Shown here: one piece after another, positions 1 to 9,582 of the stretch | How the letters are laid out: each line of letters opens with the position of its first letter | Position numbering within the stretch: the stretch's first letter is position 1 | Assembly: GCA_963665845.2 (NCBI GenBank) | Contig: OY762492.1 | Coordinates: 1,088,001-1,152,000, forward strand | DNA: 64,000 nt | Direction: 5' to 3' | DNA from: Candidatus Poribacteria bacterium | GTDB lineage: Bacteria > Poribacteria > WGA-4E > GCA-2687025 | Position numbers and translations under genes: made by a program | The notes under the pieces: generated by a model | Database searches by the model: none | Told to the model about the DNA's origin: nothing | Seen by the model: the letters and a program-made list of their open reading frames with translations, nothing else

Positions 1-3000
1 TATCGTCATGCTTCAAGGCAATCACGGTCAGCGGAACGGTTGAAAGATCCGCCAAATCCCCGATCGTCTGAACGGCGCCGGAGCGCGTGACGCCGATCAT
101 GTTCATGCCGGCGCGCAGCGAAACCTTCCGCTTCAGAAGCCCGCCCGTGAACGTAACGGACTTCGCGCTTTTCATGGAGGCTATGACAGCAGTTTCGTCC
201 GACAACGGAAGATCGGAACCGGCTAAGCCTTCCGTATACGCTTTGAAAAGGTTCGATTCGGGAGAATACGCCAAAAGAAACTGGACATCTTGAGAACCGC
301 CCAGCGCCGCGTACAGATCGCTCATCTTCTCCATGCTCGGATCGTTCACCGGAACATGGAGCATGTTGAGACCCTGTCGCAGTTGCGCCGTGAAGGAGGT
401 CGTTGTTGGGCGAGGCGCCAGATCGCTGACTCCCCAGATACGAACCGTGTTGTCTTCGCCGCCGCTGACGATCTTCTGACCGTCCGGAGAATACGCCACA
501 GAAAAGACATCTGCCGTATGCCCTTGAAGAGTTCGGAGATGCGCGCCCGTTTTGGCGTTCCATATCCGAATCGTAGCGTCGAGGCTGCCGCTGACGATCG
601 CCTGACCGTCCGGAGAATACGCTATAGAAAAGACCCGATCCGTATGCCCTTGAAGCGTTCGCATTGGCGCTCCGAAGTTGACGTTCCATAAATGAATCTC
701 TCCATCGCCGCCGGCGGCGGCAAGCGTCTGACCGTCCGGTGAATACGCCAAAGAATAGACAAGAAACGTAATCCCTTGAAGCGTTCGTATCTCCGCTCCC
801 GTGTTGGCATTCCATATCTGAATCGTGTTGTCGGCGCCGGCGGCGGCGATTGTCTGACCGTCCGCAGAATACGCCACAGAATAGATCCAATTCAGATATT
901 GGAGGGTTCGGAGATGGGCGCCCGTGTTGGCGTCCCAGATACGAATCGTTTCGTCGTAGCCGCCGCTGGCAATCGTCTGACCGTCCGGGGAATATGCTAC
1001 GGACATGATCCGATTCGTATGTCCATGGAGCGTTCGGAGATGCGCGCCCGTGTTGGCATCCCAGATACGAATCGTAGAGTCTTCGCTGCCGCTGGCGAGC
1101 GTTTGACTGTCCGGAGAATACGCTACGGACATGATCCGATTCGTATGTCCATGGAGGGTTCGGAGATGCGCGCCTGTGTTGGCGTTCCAGAGCCGAATCG
1201 TGTTGTCGCCGCCGCCGCTGGCGATCGTCTGACCATCCGGAGAATACGCTACAGTAAAAACATCTTGCCTATGCCCTCTCAGGACCTGTTGCGCGCGGTA
1301 TTCGACAGAGTAGACGTTGGAGGCTTCGTTGTTCTCGAAGTTCCCGAAGGCGCCGACGGCGGCGTTGGCGGGGACGCTCACCGTTACAGCGCCGTCGCTG
1401 ATCGGCTCAATGGTCGCGATGTAGCTTACGCCGCTGCCGGCAAAGTTTATCACAGCGCCGTTGGTCGCGACGATGTCGGACGATGTGAAACCTGCAACAG
1501 CGGAGCTGAATACGACCGTCACATCGAACGCGCCTGTTTGTGTACTGCTCGGACCGAACACGGTCGTTGTAAGGCGAGTTATCGGAGTTGCAAGATCGCT
1601 GATGTTCCAGAGCCGAATCGTGTTGTCGCCGCTGCCGCTGGCGATCGTTTGACCGTTCGGAGAATACGCTACGGACCTGACCAGATCCGTATGTCCTCGG
1701 AAGGTTTGGAGATGCTCTCCCGTGTCGGCGTTCCAGGTCCGAATCGTGTTGTCGCCGCTGCCGCTGGCGATCGTCTGACCGTCCGGTGAATACGCCGCAG
1801 AAAAGACCCAATTCGTATGCCCTTGAAGAGTTCGTATATGCGCGCCCGTGTTGGCATTCCAGATACGAACCTTGTTGTCCTCGCTGCCGCTGGCGATCGT
1901 CTGACCGTCCGATGAATACGCCACAGAAAAGACAGCAGCCGTATGCCCTTGAAGAGTTCGTATATGCTCTCCTGTGTTGGCGTTCCAGAGCCGAACCGTG
2001 TTGTCGCCGCTGCCGCTGGCGATTGTCAAACCGTCCGGAGAATACGCCGCAGAATAGATCGTACGCCTATGCCCTTGAAGAGTTCGGATATGCTCTCCTG
2101 TGTTGGCGTTCCAGAGCCGAATCGTGGAGCTGCCGGCGCCGGCGACGGCAATCGTCTGACCGTCCGGAGAATACGCCGCAGTAAAGACCCAATTCGGATA
2201 TTGGAGGGTTCGGAGATGCGCGCCTGTGTTGGCGTCCCAGAGCCGAACCGTGCGGTCGTAGCTGCCGCTGGCGATCGTCTGACCGTCTGGAGAATACGCT
2301 ACGGACTTGACCCGGTCCGCATGTCCCCGGAGGGTTTGGAGATGCGCGCCCGTGTTGGCGTCCCAGAGCCGAACCGTGTTGTCGTCGCTGCCGGCGGCGA
2401 TCGTCAAACCGTCCGGAGAATACGCTATAGAAACGACGCGATTCGTATGTCTTGTCAGGATCTGTTGCGCGCGGTAGTCGGCAGAGTAGATGTTGGAGGC
2501 TTCGCTGCTCCCCCAGATGTTGGAAGCGGCGTTGGCGGGGACGCTCACCGTAACGGCTCCTGCGCCGGACGGCTCAATCGTTGCCGTGTAGCTGGCGCCG
2601 CTGCCGGCAAAGTTTATCACCGAGCCGTTGGTCACAACGATGTCGGACGATGCGAAACCTGTGACGGCGGAGCTGAATGCGATCGTCACCTTGAACGCGC
2701 CGGTTTGCGAGTCGATCGGACCGGACACGGATGCTATTGGGCGGGTTGCGATGTTCCAGACCCGAATTGTGTCGTCGGCGCTGCGGCTGACGATCTTTTG
2801 ACTGTCCGGAGAATACGCAGCGAACCAGACAATGCCCTTATGCCACCATTTATACCATTCAAGAGTTCGTATATGCGCGCCCGTGTTGGCGTTCCAGATA
2901 CGAACCGTGGAGTCGGCGCTGCCGCTGGCGATCGTCAAACCGTCCGGCGAATACGCCGCAGAAACGACATCGTTCGTATGCCCTTGAAGCGTTCGTATCG

Positions 3001-4339
3001 GCGCGCCTGTGTTGGCGTTCCATATCCGAATCGTGTCGTCGTCGCTGCCGCTGAGGATCGTCTGACCGTTCGGCGAATACGCGACGGAATTGACAGACGC
3101 CGTATGCCCTCGAAGAGTTCGTATATGCGCTCCTGTGGCCGCGTTCCAGACCTGAATCGTGTCGTCGTCGCTGCCGCTGGCGATCGCCTGACCGTTCGGC
3201 GAATACGCGATGGAATTGACAGTCGCCGTATGCCCTCGAAGAGTCCGCGTCTCCGCTCCCGTGTTGGCGTTCCAGATCCGAATCGTGTTGTCGACGCCGC
3301 CGCTGGCGATCGTCTGACCGTCCGGAGAATACGCTACGGACGTTACGCCGCTGCTATGCCGAAGCATTCGTATCTTCGCTCCCGTGCCGGCGTTCCAGAG
3401 ATGTACCGTGGAGTCGAGGCTGCCGCTAGCGATTGTTTGACCGTTCGGCGAATACGCGACCGAAAGGACAGCAGCCGTATGCCCTTGAAGAGTGTGTATC
3501 GGCGCCTTCGGGGCGCCGCTCCAGTTGGCGTTCCAGACCCGAATCGCGCTGTCGCCGCTGCCGACGGCGATCGCTTGACCGTTCGGAGAATAGGCTGCGG
3601 ACTTGGCGTCCGACGCATGCCCCGCCAGGAGCTTCGGATCGGTTGGATCCAGAGGCGCTTCAATGACTGCCGTCAGGTCGCCAAAGTAGTCATGGCGCTG
3701 ATCGTGAAACAGGCGCGATACCGTCCAGTTGGCGATGCCGACCGCAACGCCTACTACGGCGTTTCCGTTTTCAAAGAACACTGGGGATCCTGAGCCGCCG
3801 TGCGCGTGGATCGGGAGATGTCCCAAGATCCAAAGGTTGTGCATGACATAGTCGCCGATTTGCCGAATCTTCGGTCCGTCGCGGCTGTGTCCGATGGTCT
3901 TAATGCGGACGTTGCCGCCCGCGCTCTGAAAGCGGGAGTCGAACTCGGATGAGCGCATCAACGTCAAGGGGGCGGGTACCGTAAAGTTGGGGCGCGTCCA
4001 GTTGACGAGGCCCACCGCCATGTCGTACTCTTCATGAGCGAAAATCACTTCGGCGATGTAGCCATGAACAGGTCCGTCGGTCTCGTGTTTCGTCATCCAA
4101 ACCGGAAGATGCGTTTTGGCGACATCGCCGATGACGTGGCGGTTCGATATGATTTTGTTCGGAGCGACTAAAAATCCGGTGCCAAATCCGGAGACGGCGC
4201 CGATCCGCCCGACAGATTTTCCCAGGACCAGGTCAGGATGTTTAGGATTGGCAGCCCCCAGCTTATGCAGATAGATTTCCTCCGCATGAGCGGCGGCGGA
4301 AACAAGCAGCAGCGCCGCCAGAACAAAATACTTTTTCAT
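1..4339 (-). CDS. Giant secreted protein, 3'-truncated by the window edge: signal peptide, trypsin-like serine protease, three 7-repeat WD40 blocks separated by two bacterial Ig-like domains, then a further C-terminal domain
   Basis: Not in the ORF track. ATG at 4339 reads MKKYFVLAALLLVSAAAHAEE...GTGFLVAPNKIISNRHV...YDMAV...HGGSGSPVF, then ~126-bp WD repeats (AYSPDGQTIASG..DNTIRxWN). The same frame is still coding at positions 2-4, and no ORF in that frame is listed in between. Confidence 0.9.
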   Translation of the reverse strand, partial: MKKYFVLAALLLVSAAAHAEEIYLHKLGAANPKHPDLVLGKSVGRIGAVSGFGTGFLVAPNKIISNRHVIGDVAKTHLPVWMTKHETDGPVHGYIAEVIFAHEEYDMAVGLVNWTRPNFTVPAPLTLMRSSEFDSRFQSAGGNVRIKTIGHSRDGPKIRQIGDYVMHNLWILGHLPIHAHGGSGSPVFFENGNAVVGVAVGIANWTVSRLFHDQRHDYFGDLTAVIEAPLDPTDPKLLAGHASDAKSAAYSPNGQAIAVGSGDSAIRVWNANWSGAPKAPIHTLQGHTAAVLSVAYSPNGQTIASGSLDSTVHLWNAGTGAKIRMLRHSSGVTSVAYSPDGQTIASGGVDNTIRIWNANTGAETRTLRGHTATVNSIAYSPNGQAIASGSDDDTIQVWNAATGAHIRTLRGHTASVNSVAYSPNGQTILSGSDDDTIRIWNANTGAPIRTLQGHTNDVVSAAYSPDGLTIASGSADSTVRIWNANTGAHIRTLEWYKWWHKGIVWFAAYSPDSQKIVSRSADDTIRVWNIATRPIASVSGPIDSQTGAFKVTIAFSSAVTGFASSDIVVTNGSVINFAGSGASYTATIEPSGAGAVTVSVPANAASNIWGSSEASNIYSADYRAQQILTRHTNRVVSIAYSPDGLTIAAGSDDNTVRLWDANTGAHLQTLRGHADRVKSVAYSPDGQTIASGSYDRTVRLWDANTGAHLRTLQYPNWVFTAAYSPDGQTIAVAGAGSSTIRLWNANTGEHIRTLQGHRRTIYSAAYSPDGLTIASGSGDNTVRLWNANTGEHIRTLQGHTAAVFSVAYSSDGQTIASGSEDNKVRIWNANTGAHIRTLQGHTNWVFSAAYSPDGQTIASGSGDNTIRTWNADTGEHLQTFRGHTDLVRSVAYSPNGQTIASGSGDNTIRLWNISDLATPITRLTTTVFGPSSTQTGAFDVTVVFSSAVAGFTSSDIVATNGAVINFAGSGVSYIATIEPISDGAVTVSVPANAAVGAFGNFENNEASNVYSVEYRAQQVLRGHRQDVFTVAYSPDGQTIASGGGDNTIRLWNANTGAHLRTLHGHTNRIMSVAYSPDSQTLASGSEDSTIRIWDANTGAHLRTLHGHTNRIMSVAYSPDGQTIASGGYDETIRIWDANTGAHLRTLQYLNWIYSVAYSADGQTIAAAGADNTIQIWNANTGAEIRTLQGITFLVYSLAYSPDGQTLAAAGGDGEIHLWNVNFGAPMRTLQGHTDRVFSIAYSPDGQAIVSGSLDATIRIWNAKTGAHLRTLQGHTADVFSVAYSPDGQKIVSGGEDNTVRIWGVSDLAPRPTTTSFTAQLRQGLNMLHVPVNDPSMEKMSDLYAALGGSQDVQFLLAYSPESNLFKAYTEGLAGSDLPLSDETAVIASMKSAKSVTFTGGLLKRKVSLRAGMNMIGVTRSGAVQTIGDLADLSTVPLTVIALKHDD

Positions 4340-4349
4340 GCGATACCTT

Positions 4350-5957
4350 TCAATTGCTTCTATCCCTGTCCGCCGCTCGTCCGTATCCGCCTCCGCCGGG
4401 CGTTTCGATGCGCAGTCGGTCCCCTTTTTTGAGTTCGAGCCGCGTTTTGCCCGGGAGGCGCGTTTTCTTGCCTTTGCGGATGAGATAATCTTCTCCTGGC
4501 TTTCCAGGTTCTCCGCCGTTGAGACCGTAAGGCGCGCGTTTGCGGCTTTCTGCCAACAGCGTCGCCGAGGCGTCCGCCAGCAGTTCGATCTCGCGGACGA
4601 CGCCGTTTCCGCCGCGGTACCGCCCTTCTCCGCCGGAGCCGACGCGCACCGAGTATTCCGAGACGCGGAACGGGTAGGCGTACTCCAGCGCTTCGACAGG
4701 CGTATTCAACGTGTTCGTCATATGCGTATGGACGGCGTCCGCGCCGCGGGAGTTGGGACCCGCGCCGGCGCCGCCGGCGATCGTTTCATAGTAAGCGTAG
4801 GGGGTTCCTGTTCGAGGGTCGATGCCGCCGACGGTCAGGTTGTTCATGGTACCTTGGCTGGCGGCGGGGGTTTGCGTCGGGGCGGCTTTTGACAGAGCGC
4901 CGAGCAGCGCGTCCACAATCCGCTGCGAGGTCTCCACATTGCCCGCCGCCACCGCCGCCGGACGCCGCGCGTTCACGACGGTTCCCTCTGGCGCGTTGAC
5001 CGTAATCGGCGCGCATGAGCCGGCGTTCATCGGAATCCCCGGCGCCAAAAGCGACAGAAAAGCGTAATGCGCCGCCGAGACAGCAATCGCTTCCACCGCG
5101 TTCACATTGCCGACCCGCTGCGCCGACGAGCCGCTGAAATCGACCGCCGCCTCTCCGCCCTTGACGGCGATGGAAACGGCGATGCGCACAGGCTCTGGAT
5201 CGACGCCGTCGTCGTCCATATGATCCTCATATTCGTAGACGCCGTTCGGCAGATCGGAAATGAGCGCGCGCGTCATCCGTTCCGAATAGCGCAGCAGACC
5301 TTCCATGCAGTCGGCGGTTTCCCGCTTGCCGCGCCGCTTCACCAGCGCTTTGATACGTTCCGCGCCGATATGGTTCGCCGCGAATTGCGCGTTCAGGTCG
5401 CCTTCGCGTTCGCTCGGCGTGCGCGTGTTGGCGAGCAGCAGTTTCCATAGCCCTTCGCTGCGTTTGCCGCGCTTCATAATCTTCATGGGCGGTATGATCA
5501 ACCCCTCTTGATAGATTTCGCGCGAGAGCGGCATGGAGCCGGGGGACATGCCGCCGACGTCGGCATGATGGGCGCGGCTGGCGGCGAAGGCGAACGGACG
5601 CGTTTCCCCCGGCAAAAAGACCGGCGTCACAAGCGTGATGTCGGGCAGATGCGTTCCGCCTTCGTACGGGTCGTTCAGGATGACGGCGTCGCCCGGCTCA
5701 AACGCATGCGCCTCCATGCATGCCTGAACAGAGAGCGGCATCGCGCCGAGATGAACAGGTATATGGGCGGCTTGGGCGGTCATAAGCCCATCGGCGTTGA
5801 AAAGCGCGCATGAGAAGTCGCGCCGCTCCTTAATATTGGGCGAAAAGGCGGACTGCTGAAGCGCCGCGCCCATCTCTTCGGCGGCGGCGGTCAGGAGGCT
5901 TTTATACACTTCGAGGAGGATCGGATCCTCTCCTGCGCCGTTCCTTTTTCTTGTCAT
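4350..5957 (-). CDS. Hydantoinase B/5-oxoprolinase family protein
   Basis: Motifs SPNIKERRDFSCA, HIPVHLG, NDPYEGGTHLPD, ETPGGGGYG. Start moved to ATG 5957 because the upstream extension is repeat DNA. Confidence 0.92.
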   Translation of the reverse strand: MTRKRNGAGEDPILLEVYKSLLTAAAEEMGAALQQSAFSPNIKERRDFSCALFNADGLMTAQAAHIPVHLGAMPLSVQACMEAHAFEPGDAVILNDPYEGGTHLPDITLVTPVFLPGETRPFAFAASRAHHADVGGMSPGSMPLSREIYQEGLIIPPMKIMKRGKRSEGLWKLLLANTRTPSEREGDLNAQFAANHIGAERIKALVKRRGKRETADCMEGLLRYSERMTRALISDLPNGVYEYEDHMDDDGVDPEPVRIAVSIAVKGGEAAVDFSGSSAQRVGNVNAVEAIAVSAAHYAFLSLLAPGIPMNAGSCAPITVNAPEGTVVNARRPAAVAAGNVETSQRIVDALLGALSKAAPTQTPAASQGTMNNLTVGGIDPRTGTPYAYYETIAGGAGAGPNSRGADAVHTHMTNTLNTPVEALEYAYPFRVSEYSVRVGSGGEGRYRGGNGVVREIELLADASATLLAESRKRAPYGLNGGEPGKPGEDYLIRKGKKTRLPGKTRLELKKGDRLRIETPGGGGYGRAADRDRSN

Positions 5958-5991
5958 AGGGGCATGGTAGCGGTTTTGGGCTGGGCAGTCA

Positions 5992-6068
5992 AGAGGCGCC
6001 GCAGACGCTGTCCGCGCCCGCGGAAACCCCCCAGCCCCCCTTTTCAAGGGGGGAATTAGACGCGGCGC
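5992..6068. repeat. Mosaic intergenic repeat (GCGCCGCAGACG module plus CCCCCC-TTTTCAA-GGGGGG hairpin module)
   Basis: The same modules recur near 17716, 22990-23150, 25040, 26341-26540, 56990 and 58273. Confidence 0.8.
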
Positions 6069-6097
6069 TTGACATCCGGCGGAAATGCGCGCATAGT
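6069..6097 (+). promoter_or_regulatory. Putative sigma70 promoter for the DUF4268 gene
   Basis: TTGACA-17bp-CATAGT. Confidence 0.45.
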
Positions 6098-6135
6098 TTT
6101 AATACGCAAGACTCCCATACCGATTGGAAACGACG

Positions 6136-7125
6136 ATGCTTGAAAAAGAAAAACTTGCCCGCCTCGTACCTGTGGATCTGCGCAACTTCTGGAAAGATGA
6201 AGCCGGCGATTTTACGCCTTGGCTCGCTGAAGAGGAGAACCTGAACCTGCTCGCGGAAACGCTGAACATGGAGCTGGAGTTTGAAGACCTGGAAGTGAAT
6301 GTGGGCGAGGGCGGCTTTAGAGCGGACATTCTATGCAAAAACAGGGAAGACGAACGGATTCTGATCGAGAATCAGCTGGAGAGAACTGACCATAGTCATC
6401 TCGGACAGATTCTCACCTATGCGTCCGGACTGGGCGCTCAAACGGTCATCTGGGTCGCCAAGGAGTTTCGAGATGAGCATCGGGCGGCGCTGGACTGGCT
6501 GAACGAAATCACAGCGGAGGACTGCTCGTTCTTCGGCGTGGAAATTAAATTGTGGAAAATCGGAGATTCCCCTTCAGCGCCGGAATTCAACATCGTATGC
6601 AAGCCAAACGATTGGAGCCGCAGGCCGCGCCCATCCATAAACCAAAACCCCTCCGATCTGGATCTGTTGCGAGGAAAATACTGGGATCAATTCGTCGAGT
6701 ATCTGGAGAATCAGAACAGCCCGCTGCTTAAATTTAAATCTAAAAGGAAGCCAACAACTTATATCCATTTTGGACTTGGCAAATCTGGTATGCAGATCTA
6801 TGCGGCGCGTAAGAAAGGACAGGATGTTCGGGTTAGCCTTTGGCTTTCGGGGGAGAATGCCCTAGCCCGCTTGAAATTGTTGAAAGAAACGAACTTAAAC
6901 GGTCTTGGGGATCAAGATCGTCTTCAATTTAAAGAATACCGAAAATCTGCCGAAATCGCGCTGCAAGACGATCAGGCCGCTCCATTAGAGAACGAGGCGG
7001 ACTGGCCCCGTCAGTTCGAGTGGCTGACTGCGACGCTGGAGCGTTTTGACGAGGTCTTCAGGCCGCTCATTGACGACATCGATCCAGAGGACTGGGAATC
7101 GTTCGACGGCGATGAGGACGAATAA
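6136..7125 (+). CDS. DUF4268-family protein with an N-terminal PD-(D/E)XK-like (NucS-like) nuclease domain
   Basis: LRNFWKDEAGDFTPWLAEEENL...RADILC...ILIENQLERTDHSHLGQILTYA is typical of this family. Confidence 0.8.
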   Translation: MLEKEKLARLVPVDLRNFWKDEAGDFTPWLAEEENLNLLAETLNMELEFEDLEVNVGEGGFRADILCKNREDERILIENQLERTDHSHLGQILTYASGLGAQTVIWVAKEFRDEHRAALDWLNEITAEDCSFFGVEIKLWKIGDSPSAPEFNIVCKPNDWSRRPRPSINQNPSDLDLLRGKYWDQFVEYLENQNSPLLKFKSKRKPTTYIHFGLGKSGMQIYAARKKGQDVRVSLWLSGENALARLKLLKETNLNGLGDQDRLQFKEYRKSAEIALQDDQAAPLENEADWPRQFEWLTATLERFDEVFRPLIDDIDPEDWESFDGDEDE

Positions 7126-7248
7126 GCCTGTCGGGCGCGGAACGGCTTGCGTTCGCCTCTCATGCGGCGCAAAAACATTCGACTTTAGCGTTTAACGGCT
7201 CTACACTATAGCGCAACGTCAAACGGCTTTATTCAAACGTGGAGAGTT

Positions 7249-9555
7249 ATGCTGATGTCGAATTTCGATCTTGACCGTTTTATGAATCAGCTGCGCGAGC
7301 TGGATGCGCTTCGGGATGAGGACAGCATTCAGAGCAAATCGACCGATCGGAAAAAGCCGATCTTTAAGGAAGGTTGGCCGGCAGGGTTGAATCCTGAAGT
7401 GCGTCGGACAGCGGAAAAAGCGGGCGTCGCGCGTCTGTATCGACATCAGTATGAGGCGATCGAGAAATCGTTGAGCGGCAGCGACGTCGTCCTGGAGTCG
7501 CCGACAGCAAGCGGCAAAACACTCGCCTTCACCCTCCCGATGCTCCACGCGCTGAAAGAGGAGCCGTACACGCATGCGCTTATGATCTACCCGATGAAGG
7601 CTCTGGCTTTGGATCAGCTATTGCAGCTTTGGGAGCTGACCGCCCCTCTGGGAATGGATGCATTTACATATGATGGCGACACAGACAGCAATGAAAAGGC
7701 CAAGATGAGCAAGAACCCGCCACATATTTTGTTGACAAACCCTGAATACTTGAACATGTCATTTTTGGCGTATCAGGACAAGTGGAAGAAATTTCTGCTT
7801 CGTCTCAAGTATGTCGTCATCGACGAGATGCATCTTTACCGCGGCTATTTCGGCTGCAACATGGCCCTCTTGTTGCGCCGTTTTTTCCGTCATCTGAAAC
7901 GTCTTGGGGTTTCTCCGCGCGTGTTTCTGTCGACAGCGACCTGCGAAAATCCTCAGGAGCATGCGGAAAATCTACTTGGGCGAGAGGTTGAGATGGTGTC
8001 TGCGCGGGATTCGTTCCGTCCTAAACGCCATTTTGTCTTTGTGAAGCCGGACACTACCGGTTCCAAACCTATCGATATTCATAGAAAGCGTGTTGTGAAC
8101 GCGGCGCTGGCCGCCATGAAAGAAAAGCTGCAGACGCTCATCTTCTGCCCCACGAAGAGGTATTTAGAAAATGCGGTAAAGGAATGCAAGAAGAAGGCAA
8201 AAGAAATGGGAATGGATCCTGATCGCGCCGTTACGTTTCACGCAGACATGAAAGCGCAGGACAAGCAAGAAATCCAGAAGAAGATACAAGATGGAGAGAT
8301 AGACGCTGTTTTTTCAACGAACGCGCTGGAATTGGGGATCGACATCGGCGGTCTGGACGGCGTCATCCTAGCGGGATTCCCGCCCAGCGTCATGTCGGCA
8401 TGGCAGCAGATCGGTCGGGCTGGTCGGGGTTGGGACAAGGACGCTTTTGTGCTCCTTTACGCGATGAGCGATCCGATTGATCAGTTTTTTGCCGGCAAGC
8501 TGGACGCTTTCCTCAATAAAGGGTTCGATCGGCTGGTCATTGACCCGGCCAACGAGGAAATCATGGACGATCATCTGCCTGCGCTAATGCATGAAATAGG
8601 CGGCAGGGGCGGCTTGCGCATGAGCGATATGTCTGCGCTTGGAGAAGCATTTTTTGAGAAGGCAAGAAAGGATGGAGGCGATGTTCCAAAATTCCCCCCG
8701 CCTGCGATCAAGATCAAATTACGGGGCGTCATGGGCAAGTCGTATGACCTTAAGCGTAACGGCGCAAAGATTGGGCAGATCTCCGAAATGCGCCGTTTTA
8801 GGGAAGCGTATATCGGCGCCATCTTCACCTTCCTCGGCCAAAATTACGTCGTGAAAGCGCATGAGAGCCAGGCTGTTGTTTTAGAAGAGTCTCCGCATCC
8901 GCATCACAAAACGGACGCCAGTTTTTACTACACCTTGTCCACCCAAGATTTGTTTGACGGCCGTGGATACAAAATAGCGGGCTTCGGAGATCAAACCGTT
9001 CAGACTTTTTACGGGTCGATGACCATTGTCATGAATTTGGGCAGTTACAAAGTCATCCATGAGCTCACAGACGACGTGATGGAAGCAGTCGACATGAATC
9101 AGGCGCATTTCATCAACAATCTCCACTTCGTCTCCATCAATCTGCCGAAAGGCGACGCTTTCTTGGGTGGAGTCGGGGCGCTGGAGCATCTCATTCGAGT
9201 CGGAGCCATGTTCGTCATTCCCGCCGACCGATTCGACGCCAGCACCTATTCAACTGTTGGCAAGGGAAGCGAGGAGGCGCCGACCGCCTACTATTATGAG
9301 AACCATCCGGGCGGCATCGGAATCGCCAAAAAGCTGTTTAAGGAGTGGCCGACCGCTCTTCAGAAGGGCATTGAGATCGCTGAAAACTGCAAATGCCTCA
9401 AAGGCTGCCAAAACTGCATCGTGCCTCCAAAATCCCACAGCATCGGCGCTGACATCGACAAGACAAAAGGAATTCCGCTGGCGAAAGCCCTTTTAGCCGC
9501 GGCGAAGAACGGCCCGACGCACACATTTAAAAACGGAATGATGGTCTCTGTCTGA
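7249..9555 (+). CDS. SF2 DEAD/DEAH helicase with C-terminal DUF1998 (MrfA/SftH/Hrq1-like)
   Basis: SPTASGKT, YPMKALA.DQ, DEMH, TNALELGIDIG, QQIGRAGR, and C-terminal PGGIG plus CKCLKGCQNC. Confidence 0.88.
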   Translation: MLMSNFDLDRFMNQLRELDALRDEDSIQSKSTDRKKPIFKEGWPAGLNPEVRRTAEKAGVARLYRHQYEAIEKSLSGSDVVLESPTASGKTLAFTLPMLHALKEEPYTHALMIYPMKALALDQLLQLWELTAPLGMDAFTYDGDTDSNEKAKMSKNPPHILLTNPEYLNMSFLAYQDKWKKFLLRLKYVVIDEMHLYRGYFGCNMALLLRRFFRHLKRLGVSPRVFLSTATCENPQEHAENLLGREVEMVSARDSFRPKRHFVFVKPDTTGSKPIDIHRKRVVNAALAAMKEKLQTLIFCPTKRYLENAVKECKKKAKEMGMDPDRAVTFHADMKAQDKQEIQKKIQDGEIDAVFSTNALELGIDIGGLDGVILAGFPPSVMSAWQQIGRAGRGWDKDAFVLLYAMSDPIDQFFAGKLDAFLNKGFDRLVIDPANEEIMDDHLPALMHEIGGRGGLRMSDMSALGEAFFEKARKDGGDVPKFPPPAIKIKLRGVMGKSYDLKRNGAKIGQISEMRRFREAYIGAIFTFLGQNYVVKAHESQAVVLEESPHPHHKTDASFYYTLSTQDLFDGRGYKIAGFGDQTVQTFYGSMTIVMNLGSYKVIHELTDDVMEAVDMNQAHFINNLHFVSINLPKGDAFLGGVGALEHLIRVGAMFVIPADRFDASTYSTVGKGSEEAPTAYYYENHPGGIGIAKKLFKEWPTALQKGIEIAENCKCLKGCQNCIVPPKSHSIGADIDKTKGIPLAKALLAAAKNGPTHTFKNGMMVSV

Positions 9556-9582
9556 CGCGGAGAAACGAGAGGAACGCCGATC

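Noticed and set aside
430-3620. ~126-bp periodic repeats as a possible CRISPR array
   Set aside because: The period is 42 codons, units are degenerate and in-frame coding, and there are no unique spacers or cas genes
290-3793. Long plus-strand ORFs (776-1789, 1943-3793 and others) with repeated RLTVRRIR motifs
   Set aside because: Antisense shadows of the minus-strand WD40 gene; their repeats are the reverse complement of WD40 codons
5958-6047. ORF-track extensions such as MKRGAGGF..., also 24848-25063, 58174-58377 and 58037-58186
   Set aside because: Translations of the intergenic repeat modules; better starts lie downstream
7249-9555. Complete DISARM or Druantia system
   Set aside because: The other component genes are absent from the neighbourhood
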